Source: a virus. Taken from it: DNA of 64,000 bases. The position numbers were made by a program, and so were the translations under genes. The stretch is taken from IMG/VR virus record IMGVR_UViG_3300023174_000075, positions 32,001-96,000 of that record; one strand, written 5' to 3'. Shown piece by piece: positions 8,999-19,043 of the stretch (position 1 is its first letter; every line of letters begins with the position of its first letter). Below the pieces are notes generated by a model. The model made no database searches. It saw nothing but the letters and a program-made list of their open reading frames with translations, and was not told the origin of the DNA.

Positions 8999-10153
8999 TT
9001 ATTGTAAAGATGGTGTCTTATTGTAATCTAATACTAATGTTTTGCCACCTCTAGTTGGTTCTAATTTTGCTTGTTTATAAGGTATTGTTCTAAAATCTAT
9101 ACCATGAGATTGATTTTCGTGACGAGCTAACATTATTACAGGTTTATCATCAGCTATTAGATCATCTACGTCATTCATGTTTCTAGTAGTTTTAACAGTT
9201 AATACACCATTTTCTAAACTATAATCAGTTGATGAAAATGAACGTTGAACGATTTTGGCTTTATCAGGCCCAAATGTAATTTTTTCTAAATTATTATCTA
9301 TACCGGGGTAGTTAAGGATAAATATTCTACCATATCTTCTTTCATCTTTAGGATCCATCATATCCATTACTTTAGGTTGTAATGGATTTGATTTAATGAT
9401 TAGATTAGGAATTTTACCCTCTTTACCACTTTCTATAAATTTATTAAGTAGTTCACCAAAGTTTTTCCTTTCACTACTCCACCAATATGGACCATCTTTT
9501 TTAATCGATAGATTTTGCTCACCATTTTTAGTAACTAATGTTACGTCACCTTTAAGACCTTGTTTACTACCTGTATTACCCATTCCTTTAGCTTGTGTTA
9601 CATCAGGTATTAAAGTTTCTTTATTATCATCATCGATAAATTTAACACTTATAGGTCCACCATTTTGAGTAATAGCATCATTAACGGCATTAACTAATTC
9701 TTTTTCATTTGATACACCAGCTCCACCACCTTCTTGTCCACCTAAATTAGCTGATTTATATATTGAACTTACATTTAATGTTGTTTCTTGTCCATTAAGT
9801 TGTCCTATAATTCTAACGTTACGAGCGTTTTGTACATTTCTAAGTGCTCCTACTAAATTGGATTTTTCGTTTTTATCTTTAGCATAGAATGTTTCATCAC
9901 CTACTACTACATAATCTGCTACAAAATCATCCTCACCTTTAGCACCTATTTTAAATGGATCTTCATTATAAAATATAGTAGTAAATTGATCAGGACGTTT
10001 TTTTATTGAGTTAAGTGATAACATAGCTTCTTCTAATTCTAATTCATTAACCATTTCTTGTAATATGGTTAATTTAGTTGGATCGTTCAAATCAACGATT
10101 CCATCGTGGCAACGGTATGACCACTCTAATAATATTTTATCTATAACATTCAT
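8999..10153 (-). CDS. Hypothetical protein, possible PD-(D/E)xK nuclease fold
   Basis: NEKEL...KGDVTL...LSIKK pattern; leader IDKILLEW...LEEA. Confidence 0.6.
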   Translation of the reverse strand: MNVIDKILLEWSYRCHDGIVDLNDPTKLTILQEMVNELELEEAMLSLNSIKKRPDQFTTIFYNEDPFKIGAKGEDDFVADYVVVGDETFYAKDKNEKSNLVGALRNVQNARNVRIIGQLNGQETTLNVSSIYKSANLGGQEGGGAGVSNEKELVNAVNDAITQNGGPISVKFIDDDNKETLIPDVTQAKGMGNTGSKQGLKGDVTLVTKNGEQNLSIKKDGPYWWSSERKNFGELLNKFIESGKEGKIPNLIIKSNPLQPKVMDMMDPKDERRYGRIFILNYPGIDNNLEKITFGPDKAKIVQRSFSSTDYSLENGVLTVKTTRNMNDVDDLIADDKPVIMLARHENQSHGIDFRTIPYKQAKLEPTRGGKTLVLDYNKTPSLQ

Positions 10154-10154
10154 A

Positions 10155-10703
10155 TTATGCTTCTGCTGGTGGTGTTTCTTCTTCTGTTGGAGGTGCTGCT
10201 CCTGCCTCTGGTGCTGTTGTTTCAGGACCAGCTGATGCTAATTCAGGGCCTAATTCAGCTCCTGATGCTGCTGGGGATTCAGCTGGTGGTGTTTCTGCTC
10301 CTCCACTTTCCATACCTTCTTTAGGTGCATAATTTAATTCTAATAAATCAGCTATACCTTGTGAAGCACGCTCCAATTCACCTATATTAATTGGGTTGTA
10401 TCTTTTACCTGCTACTTTTACTTGAAAATTATCTCTACCTAGATATTTAATACTAAAATCTTGTCCGTTGATTAAATCAACTTTAAATGTTGTTGGTTTA
10501 GGGGCAACAATATTAATACCATTAACGTAACGACCAAAAGCGGGAGACATTAATTCTTCCATTATCTTTTTTAGTCCAGGAAAGCGATACACCATGTACA
10601 TCGCCTTCTCTGCTTTTCGCTGTTGTTCTTCTTGCTCTTTAAGAGCTTTTTTAACAGCTACCTTAATGTATTTTTCTAGTAATAATTGTTTATTCATTAT
10701 CAT
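10155..10703 (-). CDS. Hypothetical virion-associated protein with acidic Pro/Ala tail
   Basis: Leader ...KKALKEQE; low-complexity C-terminus. Confidence 0.7.
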   Translation of the reverse strand: MIMNKQLLLEKYIKVAVKKALKEQEEQQRKAEKAMYMVYRFPGLKKIMEELMSPAFGRYVNGINIVAPKPTTFKVDLINGQDFSIKYLGRDNFQVKVAGKRYNPINIGELERASQGIADLLELNYAPKEGMESGGAETPPAESPAASGAELGPELASAGPETTAPEAGAAPPTEEETPPAEA

Positions 10704-11322
10704 TTAATTCATGGAATCCTTGTGCAGCTTGATCGATATAGTTTTCAGCATTTGTTATGTGGTCTTGAATCCATCCTGGTATATCACGCTCCATCATTCC
10801 TAATTTATTCATTAGTTGAGCAGCAGATTTAATAATTGATTTTAAACTAGCTTGAGCCATTGCTACCTCATGATCATCACCTTCTTTAATATTTTTAGCT
10901 ATTGCTTTACGGCGATTAGCTAGATATTTATCTGTTTTATCTACCTTACCATCATTATTAATGTCTTTGTCTTCTTTTCCTACTGGGTCTAATTTTTCAG
11001 ACATTGTTTTATTAATAAAATCATCAGAAACAGCAAATACTTGTACTATACCATTTTCTAAATCTGTTACTTCAATATCTTCAAGATCATATTCTGCTTG
11101 TAATTCTTCAGCAACTTGGTTACCTATTGCTAAAGCTTTTCTAGCTCCTTCTTCTCTTTGTTGACCAGAAGCTGTTTTTGAACCTAACGCTACTAAAGCA
11201 CCTCCTGCTCCTACTGGGTATTTAATTTTTACAATTAAAAAATTAGGGTGATTAGGGTCTTTAGACATTTTAGGTTTAAAGTACTCTGTAGCTTCTGCTA
11301 GTAATTCAGCTAACTTTATCAT
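10690..11322 (-). CDS. MIKL-leader multi-module protein (includes a DxNNDGxxD Ca-binding-like loop)
   Basis: MIKLAELLAE leader; DKDINNDGKVDKTD. Confidence 0.75.
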   Translation of the reverse strand: MIKLAELLAEATEYFKPKMSKDPNHPNFLIVKIKYPVGAGGALVALGSKTASGQQREEGARKALAIGNQVAEELQAEYDLEDIEVTDLENGIVQVFAVSDDFINKTMSEKLDPVGKEDKDINNDGKVDKTDKYLANRRKAIAKNIKEGDDHEVAMAQASLKSIIKSAAQLMNKLGMMERDIPGWIQDHITNAENYIDQAAQGFHELNDNE

Positions 11323-11699
11323 TTTAAAAAGCGTAATTTATATATTGTAGAATTAATTAAAGCAACAATCTCATCAATTTGATTTTGGATGTATGTATCT
11401 TGTGGAAGTACTTGTCTGCTTTTTTCAACGTACATACAAAGTGTTTCAAAATATGAAATTACACCTTCGCAATTTTGAAATTCTTGTAATGCTATATTAC
11501 CATATCCACTAATTATACCATATTTTCCTTGGTATGATTCTACAATACCATCAGTTATACCTACGATTTCGTCATAATATACATTTAGTGCTGAGTGTGC
11601 AGCAAATGAATCTGTTTGAAGATGAAATACATGTGATTGTGTGCGTGATGCAAACAAGGTTGATATGAATTGTCCTACGATTGGGTTATTATTTTCCAT
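11319..11699 (-). CDS. Ferritin/Dps-like four-helix protein (DUF5856-like)
   Basis: HVFHLQT..FAAHSAL..YYD...D..VESYQG...QNQIDEI...YKLRFL. Confidence 0.8.
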   Translation of the reverse strand: MENNNPIVGQFISTLFASRTQSHVFHLQTDSFAAHSALNVYYDEIVGITDGIVESYQGKYGIISGYGNIALQEFQNCEGVISYFETLCMYVEKSRQVLPQDTYIQNQIDEIVALINSTIYKLRFLK

Positions 11700-11701
11700 T
11701 A

Positions 11702-12241
11702 TTATTTTTTTACTACTTTTTTAAGAATAGCACCAGCTACTTTCTTACCAGCTTCTTCTGAACCATATTGTTTAGCTGCTTTCTTAGCAATTTTTTCAAA
11801 TCCTTTACCTGGTTTGCCAATATCAGTACCTTTTTTAAAACGAGATTCATCTACTATTTTTTCTTGTCCAGCTTCAGGAACAAGACCCATCATTTCTTTA
11901 ATCTTATTCTTTTCAGCTGAGATTTTATCTTCAAGTGCTTTGATTTGTTCGTCAATACTTGCTTCTAATGCAACACCACCTGCTTTAATTTTATCTAATT
12001 CTTTAGCAAATTTAGCTAAATTAGCAAATTCAACTTCAGTTGATGTTGTTTTTTCAGCAAATTTAGCAGCCATTAATTCATCTTTCATTGTTTTCAATGC
12101 AGCTAACTCTTTTTTAAGATCAACTAACTTACCAGAGCTTTTTGGAAGACCTGCTTCTTTTTTCTTTGGTTCTTTATCTTTTGTTTCTTTTGCTTCGTTT
12201 ATTAAACTGCGTACGAATAGACGTAATGCGAAATTGTTCAT
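11702..12241 (-). CDS. Lys-rich putative internal head protein
   Basis: Leader ...RSLINE|A; C-terminal module DIGKPGKGFEKIAK; ATATTTAT upstream. Confidence 0.7.
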   Translation of the reverse strand: MNNFALRLFVRSLINEAKETKDKEPKKKEAGLPKSSGKLVDLKKELAALKTMKDELMAAKFAEKTTSTEVEFANLAKFAKELDKIKAGGVALEASIDEQIKALEDKISAEKNKIKEMMGLVPEAGQEKIVDESRFKKGTDIGKPGKGFEKIAKKAAKQYGSEEAGKKVAGAILKKVVKK

Positions 12242-12268
12242 TATTTTTTATGTTTATATGTATAAATA

Positions 12269-14887
12269 TTATTGATTTCTGGTTTCATTAACGTGTTGTC
12301 TTATTAATTCACGTACTTCATCTAAATGACGTGGATTAGTAGCAACGTATTCACGTACTAAGTAATTACGTATTTCAGCTAAGTTACGACGTTGTAGTGC
12401 CTGCATTAATTCAGCTGGTGAATTTAATGTTACCGCTGTACCATCTGGTAATAATATATAATTTCTATTACCTGGTTGGATGTTTATAGATGCTATTATT
12501 TGTTGGTTTGCTAAACGAATAATATATATTTTGCTAGGGCCAACACTGATAACTCGACCTACACTACCAGCACCACCTAATTGATTATTACGACGTGCAG
12601 CACCTCTGTCACCATTTGGAGCAACACGTGTTGCATTATCTACATTTAATCGTCTATAATCAGCACGTGGTAAACGCATAAAAGCATTAGTTAATCCCGC
12701 GTCATCTATTACTTCAGCTACACCTATATCACCACCTCCTACGGCTGCTGGAGCTGCGGCACGTGGAGCATTAGCTACACCTGCTGGTCTACCTCTTCTA
12801 CCGGTTGTTGCTGTAGCTGCTATTGGTGTAGCGTCATCTGGTGTAGCGCCTGTTAATTGACGAGCCATAGCTCCAGGTATGTTTGCTTTAACTAATTTAC
12901 CTGTATCTGATAATTTAAATGATTCTCTTGGATTAGCTTTATTAATCAAATAAAAACCATTTGCTCCTACTGCTGGGGTAAAGCGATCTGTTGGTGAGAA
13001 TGGAGGTTGTGCTCTAAACCATGCTTTTTTACCTTCAGTATTACTCCAAGAACTTCTCCAAGCTCTCATTAATGGATCACTTTCATATACTTTATTCTCA
13101 TTTCTCATCCAGTTGAAATAAGCTCTAAATTCTGCTTCATCCATATTACTACTAGAAGTTCCTTCTCTCCAATTACCATTAGTTCCAAAAATATAATTAG
13201 TTCCAAAAGGTGAAAAATATAAATTTTTATCTTTTATAAAGATAGATCTATCACTTTGTCCATCTGGGACTAATATAATATGATCTGAATTATTTCTAGT
13301 TGCTGTTCTCTTACTATATGGGGTGGCATTAATTATAGATATAAATGCTTCTTTATCTAATGTTGGTGGAAGATCATCTCTACTATCAAATGCCGTTTTA
13401 ACAGCATTCATTGCTGAATCTTGGAATGATGTATTATCTTTTTCAGCAGCAAATACTGATTGTACATCTTCATCATTAAATGGTATTTTAGTTATTTTAC
13501 CATCTTCAACTTTATATGACGCAAATGAATTTGAATCAACTATAATTTCTTTACCATCTACATCTTTAACTACAATAGCAGAATTTTCATCTGTTTTAGC
13601 TTTTTCAATAACTGTATCTAATAATTTTCTATCAATAACACCATCAGTAGCTAATTTTATCATTATATTGAATGGTATCTTATCTAATTCTGGGTAATCA
13701 AGTAAATATTTTGATGTACGTTGGTTTAGTTTAATGGTTGGATAATCGTCTTCCGCTGTATATACTCCTACATTAACTGTGTCTCCAAATCTTAATTTAA
13801 CTATAGCTTTACCATCTTTAGTAACATACATTCTATCAGTAGATGGTATATTCCATTTCTTCAATATTGTTAATAATTTCTTAACATCAAATGGAAAGAT
13901 ATCTAATGGAAGATATTTTAAGTCGATTGCTGACTGGATATTAGCTGTTATTGATTTTCTATCTTGATTACTAAATTTATCTAAATTAGCTAATAAAAAA
14001 GTATTATCAATAATACCAGGAGTAACAGCAATAAATTCAGCTATTTGGGGATATTGTGGTAAATATTTTTCAACAAATTCTTTATTTTCTATGTCACTAA
14101 ATAATTTACTACTTTTTCTAACAACTAAATATTGTTTTTTAGTATTGAATGGCATTTTTACCCATTCTCTAATACTAACAGCATCTCTCTTATATTTTTG
14201 ATTTACTTTTTCTTGATTAGATAACGGAATGTAACGTAATATACTCCTAATATTAGGAACATCATTTAACCAAGGTACTTCAGATGATAATCTACTAAAA
14301 GGCATTGGGGATGATTCGTATGGGCTATTATGTCTATTTGTATAGACGTATTTTCTATTTTCATCCTCTACATCTCTAACTTGTACAGCAACAAAACTCA
14401 ATTTATCACTATCTGATATATTGGTATTTTTAATTAAATAAAATGTTGGGTAACCTTTAGAAGCATCATAACGATAATTACCAAATGATCCCCTAGTGAT
14501 ACACCATTTTTCACCACTACCATAATTTACACAGTTACCTTCTTTAGAACCATTCCATACAGTAATACCATTATCTTGATATACTACATCTGGTGTTTGA
14601 TCTTCTTCATCATCTGATGCTTCAGCTCCTGCTGATGATGTAACCAATTTTATTAGTTTAGATAAAGACCATTTACGTAAATCTTTTTCCTGTATTTTAG
14701 GTGAATTTTTTATAGCATCAAAACGTTCAATATATTTTTTTAATGTATCATCACTAATATTAATATTTAAATCGTCAGCTTCTTCTCTAAATTGAGCCAT
14801 TAAACGTTTTATTTCACCTTCAGAATATTCATTCAGTGGAAAAATATTGTGTACTACATGTAATATGAATTTATCTATTGCTCTCAT
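12269..14887 (-). CDS. Large hypothetical protein (KWCI motif, internal AT-hook)
   Basis: 872-aa ORF; YGSGEKWCITR; GRRGRP. Confidence 0.8.
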   Translation of the reverse strand: MRAIDKFILHVVHNIFPLNEYSEGEIKRLMAQFREEADDLNINISDDTLKKYIERFDAIKNSPKIQEKDLRKWSLSKLIKLVTSSAGAEASDDEEDQTPDVVYQDNGITVWNGSKEGNCVNYGSGEKWCITRGSFGNYRYDASKGYPTFYLIKNTNISDSDKLSFVAVQVRDVEDENRKYVYTNRHNSPYESSPMPFSRLSSEVPWLNDVPNIRSILRYIPLSNQEKVNQKYKRDAVSIREWVKMPFNTKKQYLVVRKSSKLFSDIENKEFVEKYLPQYPQIAEFIAVTPGIIDNTFLLANLDKFSNQDRKSITANIQSAIDLKYLPLDIFPFDVKKLLTILKKWNIPSTDRMYVTKDGKAIVKLRFGDTVNVGVYTAEDDYPTIKLNQRTSKYLLDYPELDKIPFNIMIKLATDGVIDRKLLDTVIEKAKTDENSAIVVKDVDGKEIIVDSNSFASYKVEDGKITKIPFNDEDVQSVFAAEKDNTSFQDSAMNAVKTAFDSRDDLPPTLDKEAFISIINATPYSKRTATRNNSDHIILVPDGQSDRSIFIKDKNLYFSPFGTNYIFGTNGNWREGTSSSNMDEAEFRAYFNWMRNENKVYESDPLMRAWRSSWSNTEGKKAWFRAQPPFSPTDRFTPAVGANGFYLINKANPRESFKLSDTGKLVKANIPGAMARQLTGATPDDATPIAATATTGRRGRPAGVANAPRAAAPAAVGGGDIGVAEVIDDAGLTNAFMRLPRADYRRLNVDNATRVAPNGDRGAARRNNQLGGAGSVGRVISVGPSKIYIIRLANQQIIASINIQPGNRNYILLPDGTAVTLNSPAELMQALQRRNLAEIRNYLVREYVATNPRHLDEVRELIRQHVNETRNQ

Positions 14888-15537
14888 TGTATTGGAGGTA
14901 AATTTAGTGCTTTTAATCTAGTAGACCACACATTTAATATGTCTTGTCTTTCTTGTGGGTCTAATCCTACTTTATCAAAATAATCGTTAATTACTTTTTT
15001 AAATGGTGTACGTGTTTTTTTAGCTTTTATATATAAGCCTTGTAACATAGCATCCACTTCTCTTTCTAATTTAAAATACTCAGCTCTTGGTAATTTTCCT
15101 TTATTAATTTGTTTACGTATTTTTATATCATCCGCCATTTCCTTAGAAGGGATAACATTAATACCTTCTTGTGTAAAATGTTCTAATTCATGTCTAATAA
15201 CATCCGTTAAATCATGATATATTGTTTCCCACATTTGTGGTAAATCTCTTGGATCTACCTGAAATCTAATTTCAAGATATGGAGGATCTAGTTTTTGATT
15301 AACGCCACCATCTACAGCATATGTACCTTCTTCAGTTTCTTCAACTCTTAATATAGCATTTAATTCAAATTCAAATGGACGACCTTTAGCATCAGTTAAA
15401 TCATAGTCTTCCTCAAATTCTAAATCACCTTGTTCGTCCATATATTGATCTTTCCATTCTCTCATAATGTCAGTGACTATGTTTCTAGTTATAGAATCAT
15501 AAGCACCTTCTTTCAATATATTAATTAATTTAATCAT
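14884..15537 (-). CDS. MIKL-leader zincin-like metallopeptidase
   Basis: Start MIKLINILKE at 15537; RHELEH plus downstream EVDA. Confidence 0.7.
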   Translation of the reverse strand: MIKLINILKEGAYDSITRNIVTDIMREWKDQYMDEQGDLEFEEDYDLTDAKGRPFEFELNAILRVEETEEGTYAVDGGVNQKLDPPYLEIRFQVDPRDLPQMWETIYHDLTDVIRHELEHFTQEGINVIPSKEMADDIKIRKQINKGKLPRAEYFKLEREVDAMLQGLYIKAKKTRTPFKKVINDYFDKVGLDPQERQDILNVWSTRLKALNLPPIQ

Positions 15538-15538
15538 A

Positions 15539-16270
15539 TTACCATTTTCTACAAGACCAATAATTTGCTTTCCAACGTGGTCCTGGATTATCACAGTGAT
15601 GTCTTTTGCGGTATGCGCTGCGGCGTTTTGGATTTTTAGCTTTAATTACCATGCGTTTGCCTTTTGCTGACTTTCCGCCAAATCCAAAATTAACCTTTAC
15701 AACTTTACCTTTGTTATTTTTAACGTATACTTTAAATTTTTTAATGTCGCCTTGCATTGGTTTGCCCAATTGTACTTTACGACCATGATATTCAGCTTCT
15801 GTTACACAGTTACATGATGCTTCGGTTAAGAATGTTTTATATTCTTTCATAAATCTAATGAAGTCTTTTACCTCATACAAGTCATTTTCATTAACGTCAT
15901 ATTCATCTATTTGATTGCTATTATCATGTCCACATTTATGACAAGTGTAAGGATCGGTTCCACCATTATCTAATTTCCACTCCCAACCACAGTTTTCGCA
16001 TGTAATTGTTTGATCTTCACCAATAAAAAATGCTTCATTAATTTCACTATCTAAATGACGAATAATACCTGATTTTAAATCGGCTTGAAAGTTACCTTTA
16101 TACTCTGCTGGTTCATCACTGTTGATATATTTTATTGTTACCTCACCTGGATATTGTAAATAGTTTATATCAATAGTTTGAAATTGATTTCCGTCTCTAT
16201 CTACATAATAATCTACTTCATTTTCATTAATGATTTCTAAAATAAGTTGTTTTAATTCTGTAAGTTTCAT
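15539..16270 (-). CDS. Multi-module protein: CxxC zinc ribbon plus basic C-terminal domain (DUF6321-like)
   Basis: CENC..CHKC; KKFKVYVK..VNFG..RHHC..ANYWSCRKW. Confidence 0.75.
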   Translation of the reverse strand: MKLTELKQLILEIINENEVDYYVDRDGNQFQTIDINYLQYPGEVTIKYINSDEPAEYKGNFQADLKSGIIRHLDSEINEAFFIGEDQTITCENCGWEWKLDNGGTDPYTCHKCGHDNSNQIDEYDVNENDLYEVKDFIRFMKEYKTFLTEASCNCVTEAEYHGRKVQLGKPMQGDIKKFKVYVKNNKGKVVKVNFGFGGKSAKGKRMVIKAKNPKRRSAYRKRHHCDNPGPRWKANYWSCRKW

Positions 16271-16273
16271 AAT

Positions 16274-16678
16274 TTATTTATTAAGACGTACTTTTGCTTT
16301 TTTTGTGTTTGGTACAAATTGTTTTTTAGCTGCTGCTTTTTTCTTTGATGTAGCAGCACGTTCAGCTTTAGTTAAACTATTAGCTTTAGCACGAGGTAAA
16401 CAACGAGTTGTTTTATTACCTTTTTTCATTGTACCACAAGGACCAGTTATATTACCTGCTGTATCAATACGAACCCAATCTTCTTTTTTAAACCAATCAC
16501 GTAATGATTCATCTATTTTTTCTTTCATTAATCCTTTACATACTTTAACAGCACGACCAGAAAGGTAAGCTGATGGTTTTTCTCCAGCAGCTCTACGACG
16601 ATTATAATAAGCTTTACCTTTAGGGCATAGCTTTTTTTCTGCTAATATATCGCTTAATATTTCGGTTAGTTTAATCAC
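16274..16678 (-). CDS. MIKL-leader basic protein (DUF5872-like C-terminal module)
   Basis: MIKLTEILSDILAE; SLRDWFKKEDWV..CG...CLP. Confidence 0.75.
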   Translation of the reverse strand: MIKLTEILSDILAEKKLCPKGKAYYNRRRAAGEKPSAYLSGRAVKVCKGLMKEKIDESLRDWFKKEDWVRIDTAGNITGPCGTMKKGNKTTRCLPRAKANSLTKAERAATSKKKAAAKKQFVPNTKKAKVRLNK

Positions 16679-17295
16679 TTTATAATTTCTTTAATATCAT
16701 AATAAAAAGAATCTGTATCTTCTGACACCCATCTATCTGCTACTGATTCTACAGCTAGTAGTTCTGTATCTACTTTTATAGTTTTAGGATCAACTGGAAA
16801 ATCTTTAGTTATCCAATTTGAATCTTTCCAAAATATTCTATTATTTGGCATACACATTAGATATCCATCATCCGCTGCTAATACATGTCCACATTTATAG
16901 TCAGTAGGTTCGTCTGAGTATGGGTTATTTTGCCAGTCTATCGTAAATAAATATGTAGCCCAAACATATGTTTTATCTCTTAATATAACCTTACATTTCT
17001 TTTCTTTTAAATAACTATAAGTTATTATTGTCGCGTCATTATCAAAACAATCCCATAATTGCTTATAATAAAATGGTAAGTCTTTTTTAGGTTCTTGTAA
17101 GTAAATTTCAGATAGTGGTACTCTAGATCTTAACATCCCATAATCAGTCATGATATGAAATGTAAGTATTTTGCCCATTATTGATTGTATACCAAAAGCA
17201 TAAGCGTTATGATACTTATTAGAGTCTTTAGGATTTTTAGTAAAATACGATTCTTTTATAAGACATTTAAAATATGGTATGTTTTCATTTAACAT
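16675..17295 (-). CDS. Conserved hypothetical phage protein
   Basis: 206 aa; QLWDCF, YLFTIDW, KCGH, PNNRI. Confidence 0.75.
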   Translation of the reverse strand: MLNENIPYFKCLIKESYFTKNPKDSNKYHNAYAFGIQSIMGKILTFHIMTDYGMLRSRVPLSEIYLQEPKKDLPFYYKQLWDCFDNDATIITYSYLKEKKCKVILRDKTYVWATYLFTIDWQNNPYSDEPTDYKCGHVLAADDGYLMCMPNNRIFWKDSNWITKDFPVDPKTIKVDTELLAVESVADRWVSEDTDSFYYDIKEIIK

Positions 17296-17296
17296 A

Positions 17297-17638
17297 TTAT
17301 TTTTTTCTTATTAGTAGTTCGCCTAATACTTCCATACGACCCACCTCTCGTTGAAACTCGACTGGAGTCATACTTAATGATATACTCTTTAATGTTTTTT
17401 CAAACTCCTTTTTAGCTTCTTCAACATCGAACTTACCCTCCATTGCTTTCTCATAGTAAGATGCTTTCACTTTAAAGTGATGCCAAGTCAATAATGCCAG
17501 ACCACCTTTCTCTTCAGCTGTGGAAGCTATCTTGGCTGCTCCAGCACCACGGGTGTCAGCAAACTCTTCGAACGCTTTTTCCTCTTGGGACACCTTCTTG
17601 TCGTCAGCTTCCTTTAGTATGTGAGTAAGTTTAATCAT
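17297..17638 (-). CDS. MIKL-leader hypothetical protein
   Basis: MIKLTHILKE|A. Confidence 0.75.
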   Translation of the reverse strand: MIKLTHILKEADDKKVSQEEKAFEEFADTRGAGAAKIASTAEEKGGLALLTWHHFKVKASYYEKAMEGKFDVEEAKKEFEKTLKSISLSMTPVEFQREVGRMEVLGELLIRKK

Positions 17639-17639
17639 T

Positions 17640-17942
17640 TTAGTATAGTACTGTGTTGCATAAGTTAGACACGGTTAAGTTAGCTATAAGCGATATAAAG
17701 AACATAGCCCAAGTTTGATTGATCTGTGGGACAGTCTTATTGTTATCAATATTGCCAATACCCTTTGGAGCAGTCTTAAAGCCAACAGTGCCATATGTTA
17801 ATGCAGTCCCAATAAAAGCATTCAAAAAGCTAAGTGGTGTAAACAAGAGGCTGTGACCATAGTCCAACAACTCAGAGGAAATAATTACTTGTGGTAATCC
17901 AACCATGAATGCTAATGATAAAAAAATTTTTACTACCTTCAT
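17640..17942 (-). CDS. Small membrane protein
   Basis: Three hydrophobic segments. Confidence 0.6.
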   Translation of the reverse strand: MKVVKIFLSLAFMVGLPQVIISSELLDYGHSLLFTPLSFLNAFIGTALTYGTVGFKTAPKGIGNIDNNKTVPQINQTWAMFFISLIANLTVSNLCNTVLY

Positions 17943-18169
17943 AAATGTGATATTAAAACAGGCACACTGCCTGCTATTGTGTATAAAAAATCGTTTATGT
18001 CCGGTGTACCCTTTTTAGAGTAGTGATCGTATACTTCTTTAGCTACACCCACTACTGCTGTTACTATGAAGGCATATAGCCATGGCATAACTAATATAGC
18101 GACCCCCGATATTAGAGCTCCATATATAAAATGGTTAGCTTTGTCCAGTGGTACTATTGGTAGTTTCAT
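17939..18169 (-). CDS. Small membrane protein (DKxxH...KE..D family)
   Basis: DKANHF, AKEVYD, D..DFLYT. Confidence 0.65.
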   Translation of the reverse strand: MKLPIVPLDKANHFIYGALISGVAILVMPWLYAFIVTAVVGVAKEVYDHYSKKGTPDINDFLYTIAGSVPVLISHL

Positions 18170-18170
18170 G

Positions 18171-19043
18171 TTATCGTTTTATTAAAAGATAATAATCTTC
18201 TAACTGCTCTCTCTTCTTTTTAGTAGGTTTTTCATCGGCATAATCCGCATCAAACCTAATAAAGAATTTATCACCTTCTATTTTTGCTATTTCACCAAAC
18301 CATATATCTCCCATTCTAACAATTTCGTTACCTACTTTAAGTTTAGTTTGTGGAGTTATTCTTATCCAATTACCGGCTTTAAAGTCTTTTTGCGCTCTAG
18401 GATCTGCCCAGTTAGGTAGTAAGGTTGGATCTACATCATTTTTAATATAGGTAATTAAATCATCAGCTGATCCATTTCTGATTACTTTTTGCCTGTCGTA
18501 TGTTACAAGATTATTAGCAAGATCTTGTAAATCTTCTGGTTTTTGTTTCTTGCCAGCTTTCTTAAAGCCTAATTTATAGGCAGCTATAAGTACGTTTGTA
18601 ATATCCTTTTTTACTTTAGAATTGTTCGGATATTTATTGAAGCGTTCCATTGCTTTGGTGAATATATTTTTCCACTCATCACCAGGATTGTTATAGTCGT
18701 ATGTATTTGGTTGTGCACTTATGACTTCACCCATGAAGTCAACATCAGGGTCACCAGTCATTTGTCTTGTAGTTGATATTGGCTTCACTGCTTTAATGAA
18801 GGATACCGCTAAGGCACTTTCTCTACTTACCGGCTTATCATTCTTTAGCATCTTGAAGGTAGGTTCATTTTGTGAATTGGTACCCACTCTTACATACAGT
18901 TGCTTGGTATCATCATCGAGAGTAAGCTCTATCTTATCGCCTGGCTTAGTACTTAGCAACTGTCTTTCTACTGCCCCTTCTGTTAGACCAGCTAGTTGTT
19001 GAAAGCGTCTTACTTCGTTTAATATATCTGTTAATTTAATCAT
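18171..19043 (-). CDS. MIKL-leader multi-domain protein
   Basis: MIKLTDILNE|VRRFQQLAGLTE|G; SH3-like C-terminus. Confidence 0.75.
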   Translation of the reverse strand: MIKLTDILNEVRRFQQLAGLTEGAVERQLLSTKPGDKIELTLDDDTKQLYVRVGTNSQNEPTFKMLKNDKPVSRESALAVSFIKAVKPISTTRQMTGDPDVDFMGEVISAQPNTYDYNNPGDEWKNIFTKAMERFNKYPNNSKVKKDITNVLIAAYKLGFKKAGKKQKPEDLQDLANNLVTYDRQKVIRNGSADDLITYIKNDVDPTLLPNWADPRAQKDFKAGNWIRITPQTKLKVGNEIVRMGDIWFGEIAKIEGDKFFIRFDADYADEKPTKKKREQLEDYYLLIKR

